Of a stretch of DNA of 36,357 nt, positions 29,857 through 36,357 are shown piece after piece. The notes under the pieces are model-generated. The model searched no databases. It saw only the letters and a list, made by a program, of their open reading frames with translations, and was not told where the DNA came from. Position 1 is the first letter of the stretch; each line of letters starts with the position of its first letter. The translations under genes and the position numbers were made by a program. Origin of the DNA: an uncultured bacterium (lineage in GTDB: Bacteria; Bacteroidota; Bacteroidia; Chitinophagales; Chitinophagaceae); the NCBI GenBank assembly GCA_903957405.1, contig CAJBPC010000288.1, forward strand, positions 1 through 36,357, given 5' to 3'.

Positions 29857-32559
29857 CTAAAATGTCAAGGCTGCCTTCAGCAGCAAATACCTGCCAACGA
29901 TTGACATGCTTTGTTCTGAAAAGGAATTCACATCAAATGCCAAACGATCGATGCTGGTCGTGTTCAGCAAATTATGCCCGGTCAACATAAATGTCCAAGA
30001 TTTCTTCAAAGCATGACTGGCATAAAAATCAAAATGTTGAAATGCACTCATGGATGACAATGATTTGTACCCATAGGATACTGCAAAGAAAGTCCGATTG
30101 CCCGAAATAAATTTTAGTTTGCTGAAAGCCTGATGCTGCCATTGCCTGAATTGACTTGATAAACCGACTTCGGGAATAGTCTTACTGCTGATCAGGTAAG
30201 CTGTAAATCCGGTTTCAACCTTGAAGGGACCTTTCCAACCTGAACTGAATCTTGATTGAAAACTGATATTCGATGATGTGTTCCTACTCCGGCGATCATT
30301 AAAATATAAATCCCCTCCCATATGCGATCCTGAAATATCAAGTGATATTTTTATACTTATTTTCTTAAGATATTTCTCTGTCTTCACATTCGAAAAAAAT
30401 GCGACATTCCCATTCATAGGCAACAGATATGAAACCAAGTATGCCGGCGTCTGTACACTGGAATGATTATACGAACCATCCGTGTGGCGAAAGGAAAAAT
30501 GCACATTCAATAAGCCGCCCCTTGCAAGATCATTGACATTGTACGAAACGATGAACTGCTGTGTCCTTCGACTGACAATGGAAAAAGCAGGCTGCAAGAT
30601 AGTCGCCTGACCTGACAACAACTGAACCGGAAAAAAATACTTACTTGAAGGAAGTTCGGTTCCGATATCATAGCGGATCATCATACTCTCAAGCGGAGAG
30701 AATGAATGGCGGAATCCCATTACCCCTTTGTACAAAATCGTTGTCATTTGCTCTCGGGTTTTCCCCTGCTGAAATGCAACTCCTGCTGGTCCGATATTCA
30801 AGCCTCCTGCGAATACTGATTTACCCCTTCCCCTCCTATCAAATGATATAAATGCCGGAATTCGCCATGACGAAAAATCAGATTCCGACAGGCCCGTGAT
30901 GGGGGTTCTGCTGCCATCATCCTCCATGTTGAAGGTTTCTGCTTCCATTTTTGCATCTTCTCGGGCAAACGCCAAACCATATCGCCAGTCAAATTTCAGA
31001 CTCCTCAAATGTATGATTGAAGCTACTGATTGAGAAGATGCATTTCGATCAAGATGTTGATTCGGTTTTTCGACGCCTACATACATTTGAGATAAGTCCT
31101 GAAAACGACCGGTTTCCATGAAAAGATGCTGTCTCGTATCTGTATGCATCAGGTTATACACCGTTGTGATGGCGCCACGTTCACTTAATGCATAGATTTC
31201 TTTTCCGGAGAGATGCCATCTCGGACTATTATCCTCCAGTCTTTCCATCAAACTATCCGTAATGATACCGGATGTGATATTGGAATAATTGTCCACGCCT
31301 TTTTTTTCGAAATAACCAATGGCGTGTTCTCCCGTATTTTTTTTTCCTTGATCGTGATTGAAAGTAAATTTGAATGTTTTGTCATTCTGTTTTGAAAAAA
31401 ATTTTTCTTTAGAATTGTATTCCCACTTTTCGGAATCAGGCAAATGTAAAATTTCAAAACCCTTCGCATTTTTGACAAGCTCGCTTTTTCCCGCACCACC
31501 AAGTGCCTTTAATGAAGATCCTTTCCCGAGCTTAGATGAAAAAATCAAATAGCCAGACAAATCCCTGTTATCATCGCTATACGTCTTATCTATTTGTGGA
31601 AGGTAAATATCACCGGTCCCCAATAATCCATCACCCTGTTCTTCAGGTGCTGCATCATCAGTACTGCCGTCCCCGGAAAAATGATAATCGAGGTTTGCAT
31701 TTGCAGGTATGCCTGTTTCATTAAAATTAAGGAAGCTCATCAGTTTCATCTTTTTACCCAACCGCACAAGAGAATTATCCAAATACTCACGACCCCCGGG
31801 CCCAGAGCCTACCTCGAGGCTTCCAGTGATTTTGTTCCGGTATTTTGCTTCTATTGTTAGATTGATTCCTACCTTATCTGAATCACGCACCCTTTTTAGC
31901 AGTCTGTCTTTGTCGTAGTTATTCAATACCTGGATCCTGTCTATCAATTGAGCATTTAAGTTTCTTGACAACAGCTTGTAATTTTTTTCAGTGAGATCTT
32001 CTCCCTCCAACAAGATTCTGTCAACCTCTTTGCCATTGAAACTGATGCGTCCATCGGAAGTAACTTGAAAGCCCTGTATGTTTCGGAACAGATCTTCGAC
32101 TTTTCTCGTTCCGGCATTCCTGAATGCCTCTGCTCTGAAATCAATGGTATCGCTTCGAATGATGAATGCAGGAGGTTTCGCTGTGACAACGACTTCTTTA
32201 AGTTCACGTGCCGAAGGAGTCATATTGAAATCATTGTTATCCGAAAAGAGATTCTCCGACCATAGTGAGATGATCCGTATTTGACGCTTTACCGAAATAT
32301 GTTCCACCACTAAGGCGTATTTACCTGCTTCGATTCCAGGATCTTTGATCCTGAAGGTACCGTCACCCCTTGTGATGGCAAATGCAATGATTCGAACCGC
32401 GGATGAATCCCTTATAGTTACAGTGGCACCCGCAAGAGGGGTCTTTTCTGCGCTCATCACTTTGCCCGAAATAAAGCGATCTTGTCCCAAAACACGACTT
32501 GTGGGTGCCATGAAAATAAACAGATACATCACTGATAAGATCAATGCTTGACACTTCAT
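29857..32559 (-). CDS. Outer-membrane beta-barrel protein (TonB-dependent-receptor-like, GLPGLI-associated) with N-terminal carboxypeptidase-regulatory-like domain
   Basis: Signal peptide VLG|QD. ISGKV...PLAGATV domain, LKEVVV, and plug-like DTIDF...VEDLFRNIQGFQV..DGRISFNGKEVDRILLEGED. Amphipathic strands, HNLLN, and C-terminal GRYLLLKAALTF. Confidence 0.88.
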   Translation of the reverse strand: MKCQALILSVMYLFIFMAPTSRVLGQDRFISGKVMSAEKTPLAGATVTIRDSSAVRIIAFAITRGDGTFRIKDPGIEAGKYALVVEHISVKRQIRIISLWSENLFSDNNDFNMTPSARELKEVVVTAKPPAFIIRSDTIDFRAEAFRNAGTRKVEDLFRNIQGFQVTSDGRISFNGKEVDRILLEGEDLTEKNYKLLSRNLNAQLIDRIQVLNNYDKDRLLKRVRDSDKVGINLTIEAKYRNKITGSLEVGSGPGGREYLDNSLVRLGKKMKLMSFLNFNETGIPANANLDYHFSGDGSTDDAAPEEQGDGLLGTGDIYLPQIDKTYSDDNRDLSGYLIFSSKLGKGSSLKALGGAGKSELVKNAKGFEILHLPDSEKWEYNSKEKFFSKQNDKTFKFTFNHDQGKKNTGEHAIGYFEKKGVDNYSNITSGIITDSLMERLEDNSPRWHLSGKEIYALSERGAITTVYNLMHTDTRQHLFMETGRFQDLSQMYVGVEKPNQHLDRNASSQSVASIIHLRSLKFDWRYGLAFAREDAKMEAETFNMEDDGSRTPITGLSESDFSSWRIPAFISFDRRGRGKSVFAGGLNIGPAGVAFQQGKTREQMTTILYKGVMGFRHSFSPLESMMIRYDIGTELPSSKYFFPVQLLSGQATILQPAFSIVSRRTQQFIVSYNVNDLARGGLLNVHFSFRHTDGSYNHSSVQTPAYLVSYLLPMNGNVAFFSNVKTEKYLKKISIKISLDISGSHMGGDLYFNDRRSRNTSSNISFQSRFSSGWKGPFKVETGFTAYLISSKTIPEVGLSSQFRQWQHQAFSKLKFISGNRTFFAVSYGYKSLSSMSAFQHFDFYASHALKKSWTFMLTGHNLLNTTSIDRLAFDVNSFSEQSMSIVGRYLLLKAALTF

Positions 32560-33323
32560 TGCTCAGGTATGATCTCCCAGGTGAAAAATTGTACATCAGT
32601 TCGCGTCAAACAACTGATGCAATCAGAATCCTCTTTCCCCTGGAAAGTCCCTCGCATTACTTTTTTTACATTTCTCCAATATTTCTGATGTTCAGGATAT
32701 CCTTGCAGAGATGTCGAAGGAGGGGCAGGCGTGTGATATTCAGAAAGGACTGGGCCTAGCTTTTTCAGAAGAAAATAGATGTCTTTCTTATTCTCATATG
32801 CCTCCACAATGAGTCCTGGTAAACCGCCAAGCTTCCAAGGACCAAAAGGGAGCTCAATCGCAGGGCAATACCAAGCCGTATACCTCCTTCCACGAAAAAC
32901 CGTCTCAGCCTTATGACACTCCAAGCTGTCAATCATCTTTGTCTCTTCAGATAATTCCCATCGCATGGGGTGTATCGTATCCCGGTAGTAAATATCATTG
33001 CCCTGCAGGTTCAGATCACTGAAGATCATTACATCTTTGTCAAAATCCTTACGAACCCTGAACATGGTGTCCTTTTCGATTCTTATCTCATTTTGACCCA
33101 AAGGAATCATGTTGTTACCAAGATTGGTTACCATGAAAAAATCCGTAGCGGTAGGTGTCGCATACATGACTCCTTTATATTCCGTGAATTTCTGATCTCT
33201 ATCGAATTTAAGATTGAACATGACCTGGTACTCGAAACCGGTCACGGGCTCTGCTGGTGATTGCGTTTCGTCCGAATCTTTCAAAAGAAATGACAAAAAA
33301 AACAATATGATATGCATTCCCAT
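32556..33323 (-). CDS. GLPGLI family protein
   Basis: WELSEETKMI...CHKAETVFRGRRYTAWY..IELPFGPWKLGGLPGLIVEA. The stop overlaps the barrel start (ATGA). Confidence 0.95.
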   Translation of the reverse strand: MGMHIILFFLSFLLKDSDETQSPAEPVTGFEYQVMFNLKFDRDQKFTEYKGVMYATPTATDFFMVTNLGNNMIPLGQNEIRIEKDTMFRVRKDFDKDVMIFSDLNLQGNDIYYRDTIHPMRWELSEETKMIDSLECHKAETVFRGRRYTAWYCPAIELPFGPWKLGGLPGLIVEAYENKKDIYFLLKKLGPVLSEYHTPAPPSTSLQGYPEHQKYWRNVKKVMRGTFQGKEDSDCISCLTRTDVQFFTWEIIPEQ

Positions 33324-33346
33324 GGTTTTGATTTTTTAAAATAAAA

Positions 33347-33726
33347 GGGTGACACCTGCCGGATTACTTAAGATTCAATACGACTTCTTTCATGGCATGA
33401 ATAGCCTCGGTGATACAAGCCAACGCTTCCCTCGTAGCTTCCTTACAGGTCGGTTTCGTTACGGTACAGGTGACTTCCAACTGGAAAAAATAGACCGTTG
33501 CCGTTGCCCTCTGTGTTATCTTGCATTCTGAATCTGAACCTATTTCCTCAGGCACGATCGGTGTGAGAACTTCGACATCAGCTCCGGCCGTTGTCAACAA
33601 AACCGGAGCCTTGCTTTCTGCGGCGAACGAAACAAACACCGCAACCATAAACATTAAAGACAACATCACTTTTTTCATACTCTTCTTTTTTTCTGTTTAT
33701 AAAATCATACATCACAGGTGTCACCC
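33347..33726. repeat. Perfect 12-bp inverted repeat bracketing the small secreted-protein gene
   Basis: GGGTGACACCTG at 33347-33358 and its reverse complement CAGGTGTCACCC at 33715-33726. Confidence 0.9.
33364..33678 (-). CDS. Small secreted four-cysteine protein (signal peptide, acidic spacer, predicted beta-hairpin/helix core)
   Basis: Sec signal MKKVMLSLMFMVAVFVSFA|A and A-rich initiation region. Cys at 52, 71, 78 and 88. First gene of the GLPGLI/barrel unit. Confidence 0.85.
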   Translation of the reverse strand: MKKVMLSLMFMVAVFVSFAAESKAPVLLTTAGADVEVLTPIVPEEIGSDSECKITQRATATVYFFQLEVTCTVTKPTCKEATREALACITEAIHAMKEVVLNLK

Positions 33727-33754
33727 CTCAACAGGCTTACGGGCCCGATTTAGA

Positions 33755-33762
33755 TAAAGGTA
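33755..33762 (-). promoter_or_regulatory. Candidate -7 element for the small-protein/GLPGLI/barrel unit
   Basis: Minus-strand TACCTTTA is one mismatch from TAnnTTTG and lies about 76 nt upstream of the ATG. Confidence 0.4.
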
Positions 33763-33919
33763 CTCCCCATGACAGGCGTTATAAAAGATGTGAACACGTC
33801 AGAATATGAGAAAATAACGATGAAAATTGCTTTAAACACAACAATTCCAGCTAACTACGAAATGAAGGCTGGAGATGCACCAAGAGTCTTTTGATCACAG
33901 AATGAAACTCATTTAAAAG

Positions 33920-33927
33920 TACATTTG
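33920..33927 (+). promoter_or_regulatory. Bacteroidota -7 element upstream of trmB
   Basis: TACATTTG matches TAnnTTTG, 54 nt before the ATG. Confidence 0.6.
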
Positions 33928-33981
33928 CCGCACATAACACCTACATATATTTAGGATTTTAAACATATATCAAGTGCATAC

Positions 33982-34707
33982 ATGGGACAGAAGAAATTGA
34001 AGAGGTTCGCCGAAGTCGCTACATTCACGAATGTTCTTGAATACCCGATCGGTATGCCCGGCAAATGGGCTGAACATTTCGGGAACAACCATTCTATGAC
34101 ATTGGAACTCGCCTGTGGGAAAGGAGAATATGCAGTCAGCCTGGGCAAAATGCATCCTGAAAGAAATTTTATTGGCCTTGACATAAAAGGCAACAGAATT
34201 TGGGTTGGTGCAAAAAAAGCAATTCAAGAGAATTTAAAGAATGTGGCTTTCGTACGCACACAGATTGATAAAATCACTGATTATTTCTCCGCTGCCGAAG
34301 TTTCTGAAATTTGGATTACATTTCCCGACCCTCAACTTCGTGGCTCAAAGGCTAAAAAGCGGCTTACACACCCAGTATTTTTAAGACGATTTCAACAAAT
34401 CATGTCTCCCAATGGTTATATCCACTTAAAAACAGACTCTCCAGATTTGTACGACTTTACAAAAAAGGTCATTGAACTCTACGGATTGCCCCTTTCACAG
34501 GATATCCCAGACTTGAGTAAAATCGAAAATCTGCCGGATGACCTTCAGATAAAAACACATTATGAAAGCCTTGATATATCAGGCAGTCAAAGAATACATT
34601 ATCTAAGGTTTTCAATTAATATGCCTTTACCTCTTGAAAAAGACATTGAATTGCAGAAATGGGTGCGATTAGAACCGATAAAAGCTATTCTGAAGCTTAC
34701 GACATGA
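33982..34707 (+). CDS. trmB: tRNA (guanine46-N7)-methyltransferase
   Basis: LELACGKGEY, NFIGLDIKG.R, EIWITFPDPQ, KKRLTHP and HLKTD. Confidence 0.95.
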   Translation: MGQKKLKRFAEVATFTNVLEYPIGMPGKWAEHFGNNHSMTLELACGKGEYAVSLGKMHPERNFIGLDIKGNRIWVGAKKAIQENLKNVAFVRTQIDKITDYFSAAEVSEIWITFPDPQLRGSKAKKRLTHPVFLRRFQQIMSPNGYIHLKTDSPDLYDFTKKVIELYGLPLSQDIPDLSKIENLPDDLQIKTHYESLDISGSQRIHYLRFSINMPLPLEKDIELQKWVRLEPIKAILKLTT

Positions 34708-34747
34708 TCTTGGCATATGTCATGTACTGACTTTCAGACATTAAATT

Positions 34748-34954
34748 ATGAAGAAGAAGCTCATAGAAGGAGAACATTTTTATTACAATGAAATGGGCTA
34801 CATGGTACTTACAACCAAATATCACATGGACAATGGTGTCTGTTGTGGAAATGGTTGCTTGAACTGCCCCTTCAATTATGTAAAAGTACAAGAGCCTAGG
34901 AAGTCTGAATTATTGGCTATCCGCAATGCACAATATGAAGAGAAAGAGCATTAA
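34748..34954 (+). CDS. Small Cys-rich protein (DUF5522-like)
   Basis: FYYNE.GYMVLT..YH...G.CCGNGCLNCPF pattern. Confidence 0.8.
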   Translation: MKKKLIEGEHFYYNEMGYMVLTTKYHMDNGVCCGNGCLNCPFNYVKVQEPRKSELLAIRNAQYEEKEH

Positions 34955-35339
34955 GAAATCCGAGATCGGAACGCTAAAAAATGATGCTGACTTACCCAGT
35001 AAGCAAAATACGGCTTCGTTTTTCGAAGATGTTCATTCAGTAGTCAGGCAGATACCCATAGGTCGTGTTACTTCATATGGGGCAATTGCACAATATCTCG
35101 GCACACGGATGTCAGCTAGGATGGTTGGCTGGGCGATGAATGCCAGCCATGCTGCAAACCCGCCCGTTCCTGCACAACGTGTCGTGAACAGGAACGGCAT
35201 GCTTACCGGAAAACATCATTTCAGCACACCTCAACGTATGGAGGAACTTTTAAAAGCTGAGGGCGTTGAAGTGAAAGATGATACTGTTATTGATTTCAAG
35301 AATGTATTCTGGAATCCTTCCTCGGAAATCGCTCTATAG
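34926..35339 (+). CDS. MGMT-family alkyltransferase-like (ATL) DNA-binding protein
   Basis: VRQIP.GRVTSYGAIA..LG....ARMVGWAM. The active-site motif is PAQRVV, lacking the acceptor Cys of PCHRV. Start may be somewhat downstream. Confidence 0.9.
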   Translation: MHNMKRKSIKKSEIGTLKNDADLPSKQNTASFFEDVHSVVRQIPIGRVTSYGAIAQYLGTRMSARMVGWAMNASHAANPPVPAQRVVNRNGMLTGKHHFSTPQRMEELLKAEGVEVKDDTVIDFKNVFWNPSSEIAL

Positions 35340-35442
35340 TTCCGCCAAAGTCAATAGAGAATTGACAAAGAAGCACTATTCGTATAATTCAATCTTTGAG
35401 GAGAAAATAATAAGATACTCCTTGCCATTAAGGTTACTCCTC

Positions 35443-35985
35443 TTATTGATAGTAGGGACTTATCATTAGGTACACCAATACTCCAGTCACAGACACATAG
35501 AACCAAATGGGCCAAGTCAACTTAGCTAACTTTCTATGTGTAGGCCATTCCGCCACCAGTGCCCGATATGATGTAAAAAGAATAAAGGGAAGAATGACAG
35601 CAGCAAGAATGATGTGGGTGATCAATATGAAAAAATACACATATCGAATAAACCCTTCACCACCATATGGTGTATCACCCGCAAGCAGGTGATGACAGAT
35701 GTAAGAGACCAAAAACAAAGTTGACAAGAGGATCGCTGACCCCATCATTCTTTTATGTAAGAGATATTTTCCATTTTTCACACTTACAAGTCCCAGAAAT
35801 AGAAGGATGGACACGGCAGAATTAATAACTGCATTGATTTTGGCAAAGATATGTATGTCAAATCCCACCGAGATGTCAAGCTGGATTTTCTTTAGTAATA
35901 CCACAGCTGCGAATACCACAAAAGAGAGAATATAAATGAGTCCTTTTGCAAGAGAGTCATTTTTTTTGATGGAAGCTGGAAGCAT
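35443..35985 (-). CDS. DUF420 family membrane protein
   Basis: TM helices, H...M..A..LS.LFLVSY, YFFILITHIILA and H.KLA..TWPIWFYVSVTGV.VY. Confidence 0.9.
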   Translation of the reverse strand: MLPASIKKNDSLAKGLIYILSFVVFAAVVLLKKIQLDISVGFDIHIFAKINAVINSAVSILLFLGLVSVKNGKYLLHKRMMGSAILLSTLFLVSYICHHLLAGDTPYGGEGFIRYVYFFILITHIILAAVILPFILFTSYRALVAEWPTHRKLAKLTWPIWFYVSVTGVLVYLMISPYYQ

Positions 35986-35997
35986 GTATGAATGTGT

Positions 35998-36357
35998 TTA
36001 TTTCCGGAATAAATTCCTTTTTTTCTTTTTATCTCTCTCCATGTTCAACAATACAACGTCTTTTATGATCTGATCCAAACGCACACTGTCCAATCCATCA
36101 TACCAACCACGAAGCACACGCTCTTTATCTACCAAAAAAAACTTGTCAGTGTGTATGAAATTGGAATCCACGCCATCTTGCTGAGCAATGTTTGCCTTGA
36201 ATTCATTCAATGCAATATCATAAATCTCGTTTTTCGTACCTGTCAACATCCACCATGTATCATGATTGATGAGAAATTTATCGCCGAATGCTTTCAACTT
36301 TTCTGCATTATCACGAACCGGATCGACAGTGAAGGAAATAAATCTAACGATGGTGTC
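35998..36357 (-). CDS. SCO1/SenC family copper chaperone, C-terminal part (5' end outside window)
   Basis: Frame open to the window edge: DTIVRFISFTVDPVRDNAEKLKAF...WWMLTG...FIHTDKFFLVDKERVLRGWYDG. Adjacent to DUF420, as in Bacteroidota cytochrome oxidase clusters. Confidence 0.9.
   Translation of the reverse strand, partial: DTIVRFISFTVDPVRDNAEKLKAFGDKFLINHDTWWMLTGTKNEIYDIALNEFKANIAQQDGVDSNFIHTDKFFLVDKERVLRGWYDGLDSVRLDQIIKDVVLLNMERDKKKKRNLFRK

Noticed and set aside
31337-31345. A9 run in the barrel coding strand (also G7 at 6497-6503) as a phase-variation tract
   Set aside because: Frames are intact and runs this short are common; there is no evidence of slippage.
33347-33726. The inverted repeat as ends of a MITE or IS
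   Set aside because: No target-site duplication or transposase. The interior is an intact secreted-protein gene, and the strand-specific G:U extension points to RNA pairing.
35350-35366. GTCAAT-AGAGA-ATTGAC hairpin between convergent ATL and DUF420 genes
   Set aside because: A 6-bp AT-rich stem with no proper U-tract; too weak to call a terminator.
1-36357. CRISPR array, tRNA/rRNA, integrase or transposase
   Set aside because: None recognised by eye; a short ncRNA could have been missed without a covariance-model search.

Overview
A 36 kb stretch of a Bacteroidota chromosome, Chitinophagaceae-like by gene repertoire (inference). It has five blocks. (1) 1-12.6 kb: a polysaccharide utilisation locus with a hybrid two-component regulator divergent from susC-susD, a partial lyase-like lipoprotein missed by the ORF track, a Cys-type sulfatase and an exported xylose-isomerase-like TIM-barrel enzyme. 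(2) 12.9-23.9 kb: a CAZyme-free susC-susD pair with three exported CxxC thioredoxin-like proteins and a divergent LytS/LytTR two-component system. (3) 24.1-29.7 kb: L-arabinose catabolism, araB-araD-araA plus a sodium:solute symporter. (4) 29.9-33.8 kb: a three-gene unit encoding a 104-aa secreted four-cysteine protein, a GLPGLI-family protein and a 900-aa outer-membrane beta-barrel. The small gene is bracketed by a perfect 12-bp inverted repeat that extends to 16 bp with G:U pairs on the mRNA strand only. This is the best candidate for an undescribed export or assembly system. (5) 34-36.4 kb: housekeeping genes (trmB, DUF5522-like, alkyltransferase-like, DUF420, partial SCO). I saw no tRNA, rRNA, CRISPR array, transposase or integrase. 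All family assignments come from motif recognition by eye, not database searches.
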